From NCBI GenBank assembly GCA_964487785.1, contig CAZASU010000002.1, forward strand, positions 5,020 through 69,019: 64,000 nt of DNA, given 5' to 3'. The notes below the pieces were generated by a model. The model was not told the origin of the DNA. It saw only the letters and a list, made by a program, of their open reading frames with translations, and did not search any database. This DNA comes from an uncultured Gemmatimonadaceae bacterium. Lineage in GTDB: Bacteria > Gemmatimonadota > Gemmatimonadetes > Gemmatimonadales > GWC2-71-9. A program made the position numbers and the translations under genes. Shown here in pieces: positions 1 to 8,568 of this stretch. Position 1 is the stretch's first letter, and each line of letters starts with the position of its first letter.

Positions 1-857
1 GCGTTTTCACCAACCTCACTCGCGACCATCTCGATTATCACGGGACGATGGAGGCGTACTTCGCGTCGAAGCTTCGGCTGAGCGCACTGCTCGGGCTGAC
101 CGGCATCGAGGTCGTCAACCTGGATGATGATGCCTGGCAGGCCATGCCGGCCCGAGCCCCCAGGCTGACCTTCGGACTTCACCCCGCGGCCGACGTTCGG
201 GCCACCGGTCTCGTGCTCGATGCCGCCGGATGCCGATTTCAGGTGAGCGGCAAGTTCGGGTCTGCCGAGGTATCGTTGCCGCTGCTGGGCGATTTCAACG
301 TCGCCAACGCGCTCGCCGCCGCGGCGACCGCGCTGGGCCTGGGCCGGCCGGTGGCCGAAGTGGCCGCGCGGCTCTCTTCGGCACCCCAGGTGCCCGGCCG
401 GATGGAACGGATCAGCGACACTCCGTGCATCGTGCTGCGGGACTACGCCCATACCCCGGACGCGCTGGAGCGAGCTCTGACATCGCTGCGGCCACTCACC
501 AGCGGACGTCTCATCGTGGTATTCGGATGTGGCGGAGACCGGGACCGGGGCAAGCGGCCGATCATGGGCCGGATCGCCGTGGAGCTCTCTCATGTGGCCA
601 TCGTGACATCCGACAATCCGCGAACGGAAAATCCCGACGCCATCATCGATGACATCGAGCAGGGAATGGGAAGCATTCCGCACCTGCGGATCTCAGAACG
701 GCTGGCGGCCATCCACGCCGCGCTGGACGAGGGACGGGCAGGCGACACGATTCTTCTCGCGGGCAAGGGCCATGAGACCTATCAGGTCATCGGCACCGAG
801 AAGATCGACTTCGACGAACGGGAGATCGTCCGAAAAGCCGTGAGAGGTAAGAAGTGA
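1..857 (+). CDS. murE: UDP-N-acetylmuramoyl-L-alanyl-D-glutamate--2,6-diaminopimelate ligase, C-terminal part (5' end outside window)
   Basis: Frame is open from nt 3 (VFTNLTRDHLDYHGT) into ORF 48..857. Mur-ligase C-terminal signatures are present: TSDNPRTENP (DNPR, the meso-DAP type) and LAGKGHE. It is the first member of a canonical dcw gene order. Confidence 0.9.
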   Translation, partial: VFTNLTRDHLDYHGTMEAYFASKLRLSALLGLTGIEVVNLDDDAWQAMPARAPRLTFGLHPAADVRATGLVLDAAGCRFQVSGKFGSAEVSLPLLGDFNVANALAAAATALGLGRPVAEVAARLSSAPQVPGRMERISDTPCIVLRDYAHTPDALERALTSLRPLTSGRLIVVFGCGGDRDRGKRPIMGRIAVELSHVAIVTSDNPRTENPDAIIDDIEQGMGSIPHLRISERLAAIHAALDEGRAGDTILLAGKGHETYQVIGTEKIDFDEREIVRKAVRGKK

Positions 858-2236
858 GCTGGTCGGAGCGTACCATCCGAGAGGCGCTCGGTCTTATGAA
901 AGGCAAGGATAGCCCGCCGCTCGCATTTTCTGGCGTCTCCACCGACAGCCGGGCGATCACCCCAGGCGCGCTCTTCGTGGCCCTTCAGGGCGAACGGTTC
1001 GATGGGCACGAACATCTCTCCGCGGCGGCGGCCGCCGGGGCCACCGGTGCCGTGGTCCGTCAGGGAACACCGCCGGTTCCGGGTCTGCTGCTGTTCGAGG
1101 TTCCGGACACACTGCGCGCCTTTGGACTCCTGGCTCGGGCTCGGCGGCGGACCCTCACGGGTCCGGTCATAGCGGTCACCGGGACGAATGGAAAGACGAG
1201 CACAAAGGAGATGCTGGCCGCGGTGCTCCGCACCCGCTACGTGACATACGCCACCCGCGCCAATCTCAATAATCTGGTCGGCGTTCCGCTCACCATTCTC
1301 GAAGCCCCGGCTGACACTGAGGCGCTCGTGGTCGAGGCGGGGGCTAACCTGCCGGGGGAGATTGCGCGATATCGTGAGATTATCGAGCCTTCCTTGACCA
1401 TCGTTACCAACGCGGTCGCGGGACACCTGGAAGGCTTTGGATCGCTGGCGGGGGTCGTGGCCGAGAAGCTCTCACTCACCGACGATGTGCCCCTGGCGGT
1501 AGTTGGTGTCGAGCCTCCGGACCTGGCCACCGGAGCCCGGAAACGCGCCGGCCGGGTGCGCACCGCGGCCCTCCGCCACGCCGATCTCACGCCGGATCGG
1601 GTGACCCTCGACGAGTCCGCCCGGCCGGTCATCACGATTGGCGAGAGCAGGTTTGTCCTGGCGGTCCGCGGCCTGCATCAAGCTGACAACGCAATCCGGG
1701 TGTGGGCGGTGGTGGAAGCGTTGGGCCTGGAGCCCAAGGCGGCTGCACGAGCACTGGAGGGGTTTTCAATGCCGGGCGGCAGGGGCGAGCTGCTGCAGGA
1801 GGGGGCGCTCACGATCCTGAACGATTGCTACAACGCGAATCCACAGTCGTTCCGCGCCGCCATCGCGACCGCGGCCGCGCTGCGCGGCAAGCGACGCCTG
1901 GTCTTCGTCGCCGGCACCATGCGAGAGCTGGGCGAGGACTCCGCCGCGCTGCACCTGGAGGTGGGCGACGCGCTGGTCCAGCTGAACCCCGATCTTCTGG
2001 CGGCGGTGGGTGATTTCGTTCCCGCCCTCGAGCGCCACGCCGGTGCATTGGGCGACCGCCTGATCACCGCCGCCGACCCGATGGCGCTGGGGCCAATCCT
2101 GGCCCAACGTCTGCAAGGGAATGAGATGATCGTGCTGAAAGCATCCCGCGGGGTCGCCTTGGAGCGTATACTTCCGGCGCTCGCGGCCCGCGCGAAGGAT
2201 CCAGGTGCTCCCCCGGCACCTCTCCGTTCCCACTGA
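854..2236 (+). CDS. murF: UDP-N-acetylmuramoyl-tripeptide--D-alanyl-D-alanine ligase
   Basis: 460-aa ORF. GTG 854 overlaps the murE stop (GTGA). Mur-ligase P-loop VTGTNGKTSTKEM. Position between murE and mraY. Confidence 0.9.
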   Translation: MSWSERTIREALGLMKGKDSPPLAFSGVSTDSRAITPGALFVALQGERFDGHEHLSAAAAAGATGAVVRQGTPPVPGLLLFEVPDTLRAFGLLARARRRTLTGPVIAVTGTNGKTSTKEMLAAVLRTRYVTYATRANLNNLVGVPLTILEAPADTEALVVEAGANLPGEIARYREIIEPSLTIVTNAVAGHLEGFGSLAGVVAEKLSLTDDVPLAVVGVEPPDLATGARKRAGRVRTAALRHADLTPDRVTLDESARPVITIGESRFVLAVRGLHQADNAIRVWAVVEALGLEPKAAARALEGFSMPGGRGELLQEGALTILNDCYNANPQSFRAAIATAAALRGKRRLVFVAGTMRELGEDSAALHLEVGDALVQLNPDLLAAVGDFVPALERHAGALGDRLITAADPMALGPILAQRLQGNEMIVLKASRGVALERILPALAARAKDPGAPPAPLRSH

Positions 2237-2242
2237 GGACTG

Positions 2243-3370
2243 ATGTTCTATCACTGGCTCGCCCCGCTTGGCAAGCAGTACATCATCTTCAATCTTTTCA
2301 ACTACATCAGCTTCCGCGCCGCGGGGGCCACGGTCACGGCATTGCTGCTGGCGTTCGTTCTGGGACCCCCCGTTATCCGCCGGCTGCGGGCCAGGAAGGT
2401 GGGGCAGGTGGTCCGGGCCGAGGGTCCAGCGAGCCACCAGACCAAGCGCGGCACGCCGACCATGGGCGGCCTCATCATCCTCTTCGCCACCATTGTGCCG
2501 ACCCTGCTCTGGGCGCCACTCACCAACCGCTTCGTGGTGGTCGCGATGCTCTCGACGCTCTGGATGGGGTGCATCGGGTTTCTCGATGACTACCTCAAGA
2601 TCGTCCAGGGAAAGTCCCGCGGTCTGGTAGCGCGGTGGAAGCTGGCAGGGCAGTGTAGCTTCGGGCTCCTGCTCGGGCTCTTCCTCGCCTTCAACCCCGT
2701 GGTACCAGTCGAGACTATCCCGGCCACGGCCACCACGCTGCCCTTCTTCAAGTATCTGGTAGTCAACTTCGCACCCTGGCTCTTCGTGGTGTTCGTCACC
2801 GTGGTGATCACCGGAGCCAGCAACGCGGTGAACCTTACCGACGGCCTCGACGGCCTGGCCACCGGGTTGGCGGGGATCGCCGCGGCGGCGTTTGCCGTGT
2901 TCGCCTACCTGTTTGGCCGGGTGGACGTCACAATGTACCTCAACGTTTTCTATCTCCCCGGGGCGGGGGAGCTGGCCGTCTTCTGCGCGGCACTCATGGG
3001 CGCCACGATCGGTTTTCTCTGGTTCAACGCGCATCCCGCCGAGGTCTTCATGGGGGACACCGGCAGCCTGGCCATCGGCGGCGCGCTCGGAACGGTGGCC
3101 ATACTGCTCAAAGCCGAGTTTCTCCTGCTGGTCATCGGTGGAGTCTTCGCGGCGGAGGCGATCTCGGTGCTGATCCAGACCGGCACCTATAAGTGGTTCA
3201 AGCGCAGTCGCGGCAAGGAATACGCCGATGCCCACCGGGTGTTCCGGATGGCTCCGCTCCACCACCACTTCGAGAAGCTCGGATGGGCCGAGACCACGGT
3301 GGTCACTCGCTTCTATATCATCGGGCTGCTGTGCGCGCTCGTGGCTCTCTCGACGCTCAAGGTGCGATGA
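2243..3370 (+). CDS. mraY: phospho-N-acetylmuramoyl-pentapeptide transferase
   Basis: 375-aa polytopic membrane protein with NAVNLTDGLDGLA and FMGDTGSLAIGG motifs typical of MraY. Confidence 0.95.
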   Translation: MFYHWLAPLGKQYIIFNLFNYISFRAAGATVTALLLAFVLGPPVIRRLRARKVGQVVRAEGPASHQTKRGTPTMGGLIILFATIVPTLLWAPLTNRFVVVAMLSTLWMGCIGFLDDYLKIVQGKSRGLVARWKLAGQCSFGLLLGLFLAFNPVVPVETIPATATTLPFFKYLVVNFAPWLFVVFVTVVITGASNAVNLTDGLDGLATGLAGIAAAAFAVFAYLFGRVDVTMYLNVFYLPGAGELAVFCAALMGATIGFLWFNAHPAEVFMGDTGSLAIGGALGTVAILLKAEFLLLVIGGVFAAEAISVLIQTGTYKWFKRSRGKEYADAHRVFRMAPLHHHFEKLGWAETTVVTRFYIIGLLCALVALSTLKVR

Positions 3371-4740
3371 CGGCGGCCACGGGGAGCAGCCTGTTCGACC
3401 GCTGGCGTGCGAGCGGCAAGGAAGTGGCCGTCGTAGGGCTGGGAAAGAGCGGTGCTTCCGCGACCCTGCTGCTCCGCTCGCTGGGCCTGCCCGTTTACGT
3501 CTCCGACACTGGAGCCGGCCCGATGTTCGACGGCTGGGCTCGCACGCTGCGCCAGGCCGATGCCGTGGTCGAGCTTGGCGGGCACGACCTCGATCGAATC
3601 GCCCGGGCGGTCGCGGTGGTTGTGGCACCCGGCGTACCGCCGGAGGTGCCTGCCCTCGAAGCGGCGCGCCAGGCCGGGCTCGATATTCATGCCGAGGTGG
3701 ATATCGGCTTTGTCGCCCTGCGCGGGACCCGTTGTGTCGGTATCACTGGGACCAACGGCAAGACGACCACCACGTCGCTGATCGCCCACGTACTCGCCAG
3801 TGCGGGGATTCGAGCCGAGACGGCCGGCAATATCGGGCGTCCGTTGTGTGAGGTTGCCCGCTCGAGCAACCGGCCGGACTGGCTGGCGCTGGAACTGTCG
3901 TCCTTTCAGCTGCATGACGCGCCGAATCTCAAGCCGGCCGTAGGAGTGCTCACCAACCTGGCGCCGAACCACCTCGACCGGTACCTGACCCTGGATCAGT
4001 ACTACGGTGACAAGGCGCTGCTCTTCCGTAACGCGGATTCCGACTCTTTCTGGGTGACCAACGCGGACGACGCTGCCGTCGAGGAGATGACGGGTTCCGT
4101 TCCCGGCATCAGGGTTCGGTTCTCGATCGAGCGGCGAGCGGATGCCTGGTACGATCACGCGGGTCGGCGGCTGATGCTGGGCGACACGGCGGTACTGGCC
4201 CGGGCGGAGTTGCCGCTGCTGGGCGACCACAATGTGGCCAATGCCTTGGCGGCGGCGCTCGTGGCTTCCCGCGCCGGCTGCTCCAACGAGCGAATTGCAG
4301 AAGGCTTGCACTCGTTCCAGGCGATTCCCCACCGGGTCGAGCCGGTGCGTGAGGTGGACGGGGTCCTCTGGATCAACGACTCGAAGTCCACCAACATCAC
4401 CTCAACCGAGGTCGCCGTGGCGGCGCTCGACCGGAGGTTCGTGCTCCTGCTGGGAGGTCGGCACAAGGGCGAGCCGTATACCCGGCTGGCCGAACGGCTT
4501 CAGGATCGGTGCCGCGCCGTGGTGGCCTATGGCGAGGCCGGTCCCCTGATCGTGAAGGATCTGGGCCCGAGCCTCAACGTGGTACCGGCCGGCACCTTCG
4601 CGGACGTGCTCTCGGTGGCGCGGGAGCTGGCGAGACCGGGCGATGCCGTGCTCTTGTCACCGGCCTGCTCCAGCTACGACATGTTCCGGAACTATGAGGA
4701 GCGGGGAGAGCGTTTCCGCGCCGCGGTGGAAGCTCTATGA
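3367..4740 (+). CDS. murD: UDP-N-acetylmuramoylalanine--D-glutamate ligase
   Basis: ORF-track start 3193 rejected. ATG 3367 overlaps the mraY stop (ATGA) and gives MTAATGSS...VVGLGKSGAS. Contains the ITGTNGKTTTT P-loop. Confidence 0.9.
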   Translation: MTAATGSSLFDRWRASGKEVAVVGLGKSGASATLLLRSLGLPVYVSDTGAGPMFDGWARTLRQADAVVELGGHDLDRIARAVAVVVAPGVPPEVPALEAARQAGLDIHAEVDIGFVALRGTRCVGITGTNGKTTTTSLIAHVLASAGIRAETAGNIGRPLCEVARSSNRPDWLALELSSFQLHDAPNLKPAVGVLTNLAPNHLDRYLTLDQYYGDKALLFRNADSDSFWVTNADDAAVEEMTGSVPGIRVRFSIERRADAWYDHAGRRLMLGDTAVLARAELPLLGDHNVANALAAALVASRAGCSNERIAEGLHSFQAIPHRVEPVREVDGVLWINDSKSTNITSTEVAVAALDRRFVLLLGGRHKGEPYTRLAERLQDRCRAVVAYGEAGPLIVKDLGPSLNVVPAGTFADVLSVARELARPGDAVLLSPACSSYDMFRNYEERGERFRAAVEAL

Positions 4741-6014
4741 GTCCCCGCGCCGTCCGCCACCCCGGCGAGATGAGATGGGAAACGCGGCTGCTCGGTATGG
4801 TCACGGCCGTCCTGGTGGTCTTTGGCATCGCGGCCACCTACGGGGCGGCAAGCCTGGTGACCCTACAAGGCCAGAACGCGGGGTTCGGCTTCGCGCTGCG
4901 CCAGCTCTCCGGGGCCGCCATGGGCGGCATCCTGCTGCTGCTGGCCTCCCGACTGGACTACCACCGATGGCGTCAGCTTGCGTGGCCGCTCCTCCTTTTG
5001 ACCCTGATTCTTCTGCTCATCCCGCTGCTTCCCTTCACCCTGGCCATTGCCCCGCCGGTGAACGGAGCACGGCGCTGGCTGGACTTGGGTCTAGTCAACT
5101 TCCAGCCGTCCGAGCTCGCGCGGCTCGTGGTGGTGATCTGGTGTGCCATGCTTGCCTCGAAGAAGGGGCTCCAGGTCCGCGAGTTCAAGAAGGGTGTGCT
5201 GCCGTTCATACTGATTCTCGGCCTCGTTTCCGTCCTGATTCTCCTCGAGCCCAATCTCTCCATGGCTACTCTCGTGGCCCTGCTGGGAGGCCTGGTGCTC
5301 TTTACCTCGGGGGCGAAGATCGGTCACTTCCTGCTCCTGGCCGGCGCCGGCATGCTTTTGGTCTTTCACCAGATCCGTGATGCCCAGTACCGCCTGGCCC
5401 GCTTGGTGACGTTCATGAATCCGGGCGATGCGACCAGTGATGCCGGCTTTCAGATCAAACAGTCGCTCGTGGGCATCGGGTCGGGGCAGATCTTCGGGGT
5501 TGGGTTCGGCGAGGGGCAGCAGAAGCTGGGCTACCTCCCGTACGCCTACTCCGATTTCCTGTTCAGCACCATCGGAGAGGAGTGGGGTTTTCTCGGTGTG
5601 GTGGTGGTAGTAACTCTCTTCTCCCTCTTTTGCTGGCTCGGGTTTCGTATCGCCAGGACGGCAGCCGAGCCGTTTGGACAGTACCTCGCGGTGGGGCTCA
5701 CCGCCACCATCGGCCTCACCGCATTCATGCACATGGCCGTGTCGCTGGGCCTGATGCCGACCACGGGCCTGACACTGCCTTTTATGTCGTATGGGCGGTC
5801 CAGCCAGGTCATCTCACTGCTCGGCACCGGGATACTCATCAACATTGGGCGACTCCGGGGGAGCCCGCGTGCGGCGGTGGCGCGGGAACGACGGAACGAG
5901 GGAACGAAGGAACGAAGGAAAGAGGGAACGACGGAAGGCGTCAGGCAAGGTGACGAGGATCGAATTAGGGAACGACGGCATGGAGGAACTAGGCGCGGGG
6001 AGAGCAAGGGATGA
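4737..6014 (+). CDS. ftsW: SEDS-family peptidoglycan polymerase FtsW, with a repeat-encoded charged C-terminal tail
   Basis: ATGA overlap with murD. Polytopic membrane protein with PSELARL and QSLVGIGSGQIFGVGFGEGQQK motifs. The last ~43 codons (RERRNEGTKERRKEGTTEG...) are the translation of a tandem octamer array. Confidence 0.85.
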   Translation: MSPRAVRHPGEMRWETRLLGMVTAVLVVFGIAATYGAASLVTLQGQNAGFGFALRQLSGAAMGGILLLLASRLDYHRWRQLAWPLLLLTLILLLIPLLPFTLAIAPPVNGARRWLDLGLVNFQPSELARLVVVIWCAMLASKKGLQVREFKKGVLPFILILGLVSVLILLEPNLSMATLVALLGGLVLFTSGAKIGHFLLLAGAGMLLVFHQIRDAQYRLARLVTFMNPGDATSDAGFQIKQSLVGIGSGQIFGVGFGEGQQKLGYLPYAYSDFLFSTIGEEWGFLGVVVVVTLFSLFCWLGFRIARTAAEPFGQYLAVGLTATIGLTAFMHMAVSLGLMPTTGLTLPFMSYGRSSQVISLLGTGILINIGRLRGSPRAAVARERRNEGTKERRKEGTTEGVRQGDEDRIRERRHGGTRRGESKG

Positions 6015-6068
6015 CGTCGGCGCCTTCCCTCGTCCCCTCGTTCCCTCGTTCCGCCCGGTCCGTCGTCC
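5884..6068. repeat. Long imperfect inverted repeat made of tandem GGAACGAN octamers (left arm 5884-5940) and complementary words (right arm 6021-6068)
   Basis: Left arm reads GGAACGAC GGAACGAG GGAACGAA GGAACGAA GGAAAGAG GGAACGAC GGAAGGCG. Right arm reads CGCCTTCCCTCGTCCCCTCGTTCCCTCGTTCC. Hand alignment of the left arm to the reverse complement of the right arm gives about 28 matches in 32 positions. The ~80-nt loop holds the ftsW stop and murG start. Confidence 0.8.
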
Positions 6069-7144
6069 TCATCGCCGGCGGCGGTACCGGCGGACACCTG
6101 ATGCCCGCGCTCGCCATAGCCACTGCCCTCCAGGAGCAGGTCCCGGAGGTCGAGCCGGTGCTGATTGGGGCCACGCGCGGGGTCGAGGCCAGAATACTTC
6201 CCAGCCGGGATTTCCGGTTCCATTTGCTGCCCACCGAGCCGATCTACCGGCGGGCCTGGTGGAGAAACTTCCGCTGGCCTCTTGTTGCGGGCCGTTTGCT
6301 GCGCGAGGTGGGGCGGGTCTTCGAAACCGAGCGTCCGTCAGCAGTGCTGGGAACCGGAGGATACGCCTCGGGACCAGTGGTCTGGTGGGCGGCCCGGCAT
6401 GGGATTCCAACCGCCATTCAGGAACAGAATGCGTATCCCGGCCTGGCCAGCAGGTGGTTGAGCGGCCGGGTACGCCATGTCTATCTGGGTCTGCCGGAAG
6501 CTCGGCGGCTGCTCCGCTTCGGCCAGGACACCAAGGTCTTCGATACCGGCAATCCGATCACCCCTCCCGCACCGGGCCGACGGGGCGCAGCCGTCGCCAA
6601 GTTCGGGGTCGACGGTGCCCGTCCCGTGGTCCTCGTCACCGGCGGGAGTCAGGGGGCTCGGGCCATCAACCAAGCCGTGGCCGGATGGCTCGACGCGGGC
6701 GGACCGGGCAATGCCGCTCTGATCTGGGTGACCGGTCGAGGAACCTACGACGAATTTGCCCGCTACCATCGGCCACCCCAGGTGCAGGTTCTCGACTTCC
6801 TGGACCCGATGGGCGATGGCTACGCCGTAGCGGACCTGGTCGTGTCCCGCGCGGGGATGATCACGGTGGCTGAGTTGTGCGCCTGGGGACTCCCGAACAT
6901 CCTCGTCCCGCTGCCCACGGCCGCGGCCGACCACCAGACCCACAACGCCAGGGTGCTTGCCGCGTCGGGGGCGTCGCTCATGCTCCCGGAGGCCCAGCTG
7001 ACGCCGTATCGGTTGCGCGAGGTTATCACCGCATTGTTGAGCGATCCGGCCGGCCGGAAACAGATGGGCGAGCGGGCACTGGCGCGAGGGAGACCGCATG
7101 CGGCTCGTGAGATAGTGTCGAACTTTTTGACACTGATTTACTGA
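6011..7144 (+). CDS. murG: undecaprenyldiphospho-muramoylpentapeptide beta-N-acetylglucosaminyltransferase
   Basis: 377-aa ORF. ATGA overlap with ftsW. N-terminal IAGGGTGGH motif and a GT28 C-terminal half (SRAGMITVAEL). No alternative start codon lies between 6011 and the G-loop. Confidence 0.9.
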   Translation: MTSAPSLVPSFPRSARSVVLIAGGGTGGHLMPALAIATALQEQVPEVEPVLIGATRGVEARILPSRDFRFHLLPTEPIYRRAWWRNFRWPLVAGRLLREVGRVFETERPSAVLGTGGYASGPVVWWAARHGIPTAIQEQNAYPGLASRWLSGRVRHVYLGLPEARRLLRFGQDTKVFDTGNPITPPAPGRRGAAVAKFGVDGARPVVLVTGGSQGARAINQAVAGWLDAGGPGNAALIWVTGRGTYDEFARYHRPPQVQVLDFLDPMGDGYAVADLVVSRAGMITVAELCAWGLPNILVPLPTAAADHQTHNARVLAASGASLMLPEAQLTPYRLREVITALLSDPAGRKQMGERALARGRPHAAREIVSNFLTLIY

Positions 7145-7194
7145 GCCACGCACTTTCAGAACCCCCAGTAACATTTTACATTAGCATATCAACC

Positions 7195-8568
7195 ATGGCT
7201 TTGTTTAACCCCTCGGATAAGCGCACTGTCCACTTCATGGGAATCGGCGGAGCCGGGATGAGTGCGCTGGCACTGATCGCGTGTCGCCGTGGGGTTGCCG
7301 TGAGCGGATGTGATATGGACCCCACCGGTGCCGCCGATCTGGCCGCGCTGGGGGTTCGAGTCGCGCAGGGTCACGACCCGGCTCATTTGTCGGGAGTCCG
7401 GGCCATCGTGGTCACTGCCGCCGTCGCTCCCGGGCACCCCGAGCTCGAACGGGCACGGGAGTTGGGTCTGCCCATCGTGCCCCGCAAGGTGGCGCTGGCC
7501 GAACTGATCGAAGGCGCGCGCGCCGTGGCGATATCGGGCACCCACGGCAAGACCACGACGACCGTCATGCTCACGGAGGCGTTGACCGCCGCCGGGCTGA
7601 ACCCGACCGGTATCGCCGGTGGTCGGGTGAGCACTTGGGGTGGCAACGCCCGGGTGGCCGGCGACGACTTGTTCGTGGTCGAAGCCGACGAGTTCGACAA
7701 GGCGTTCCTGACGCTTTATCCGACCGTGGCGGTGGTGAACAACGTGGAGCCGGATCATCTCGAGTGCTACGGCTCCATGGCGGCTCTCGAGGACGCGTTC
7801 GCTGAGTTCGCCGGTCGGGCGCGAATCGCCATCGTCAACGCCGACGACCCCGGGGCTCGGCGAATTGGCGACCGAGTGGGGACCACGGTTCGCCGGTTCG
7901 GCTGCGCCGGCGACGCCGACATCCGGATCGGCGAGGTGGTCCAGCAGGCCGATTTTACCGAGGCCCGGATCGCCTGGGCCGACGGCCGTGCCATCCAGCT
8001 TCGGCTTCAGGTGCCCGGCCTCCACAACCTGCGGAATGCGGTCGCCGCGCTGGCGGCCGTGGATGCCCTCGGTGGCGAGCTCGCGTCGGCGGCGCGCGCG
8101 CTGGGGGATTTCCAGGGTGTGGGTCGCCGGTTCGAACGCCTGGGAGAGTTCGCCGGTGTGGCCGTGGTAGACGACTACGCTCACCATCCTTCGGAGCTCG
8201 CCGCCACCCTGTCGGCTGCCCGCCAGGCCTATCCCGGCCGGCGCCTGGTGGCCGTCTTTCAGCCCCACCTCTACTCGCGGACGGCGGCTCATGGTCAGGC
8301 GATGGGGGAGGCGCTGGCGGTGGCCGATGTGGTCTTCGTGACCGAGATCTACCCGGCACGGGAGCAGCCGATTGCGGGAGTGAGCGGCCGACAGGTGGCT
8401 GCCGCGGCAGAAAAGGCCGGAGCCGACACGCGGTTCGAGCCGACCCGGGCCGATGTGGGCCGAACCGTGTTCCGGGAGCTCCGGGCGGGCGATGTAGTGC
8501 TGACGCTCGGTGCCGGCGACATCACCAGGGTGGCTCCAGAGCTGGTGCGTTGGCTGAGCGCCGCCTGA
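7195..8568 (+). CDS. murC: UDP-N-acetylmuramate--L-alanine ligase
   Basis: 457 aa. N-terminal HFMGIGGAGMSALA and the Mur-ligase P-loop ISGTHGKTTTT. Confidence 0.9.
   Translation: MALFNPSDKRTVHFMGIGGAGMSALALIACRRGVAVSGCDMDPTGAADLAALGVRVAQGHDPAHLSGVRAIVVTAAVAPGHPELERARELGLPIVPRKVALAELIEGARAVAISGTHGKTTTTVMLTEALTAAGLNPTGIAGGRVSTWGGNARVAGDDLFVVEADEFDKAFLTLYPTVAVVNNVEPDHLECYGSMAALEDAFAEFAGRARIAIVNADDPGARRIGDRVGTTVRRFGCAGDADIRIGEVVQQADFTEARIAWADGRAIQLRLQVPGLHNLRNAVAALAAVDALGGELASAARALGDFQGVGRRFERLGEFAGVAVVDDYAHHPSELAATLSAARQAYPGRRLVAVFQPHLYSRTAAHGQAMGEALAVADVVFVTEIYPAREQPIAGVSGRQVAAAAEKAGADTRFEPTRADVGRTVFRELRAGDVVLTLGAGDITRVAPELVRWLSAA

Noticed and set aside
3193-3366. N-terminal extensions offered by the ORF track. 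Examples: murD from 3193, ftsZ from 10321, hisA from 12955, cdd from 24800, ribD from 39407, ribBA from 41120, PTS IIB from 45806, IID from 46956, ptsH from 47675, ahcY from 51407, btuF from 54551, recO from 60507.
   Set aside because: The extensions overlap the preceding gene in another frame and encode Arg/Pro-rich junk. They are replaced by internal starts that reproduce family-typical N-termini and usually overlap the upstream stop (ATGA, GTGA, TGATG).
1766-3628. 620-aa minus-strand ORF antisense to murF/mraY/murD. Similar long antisense ORFs are 16917..18809, 51506..53251, 10405..11514, 31779..32834 and 44717..45673.
   Set aside because: They lie exactly opposite strongly recognisable genes. 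They translate to Arg/Pro/Gly-rich low-complexity sequence with no family motifs. Such ORFs are the expected by-product of stop-codon depletion in GC-rich DNA.
5884-5940. Tandem short repeats considered as possible CRISPR arrays (also 31697-31726, 34447-34480 and 63182-63305).
   Set aside because: The units are 7-8 nt and directly abutting, with no spacers of 25-40 nt. There are no cas genes in the window. They are not CRISPR.
5791-6873. 360-aa + strand ORF spanning the ftsW/murG junction in a third frame, and the minus-strand ORF 5546..6223 that reads the repeat as SFLRSFVPSFRRS.
   Set aside because: Both are alternative-frame readings of the octamer repeat and of murG. They have no independent coding signal.
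8550-8568. Absence of ddl and murB between murC and ftsQ as an anomaly.
   Set aside because: dcw clusters lacking ddl and/or murB are common across phyla. The murC/ftsQ overlap merely reflects an uncertain TTG start for ftsQ.
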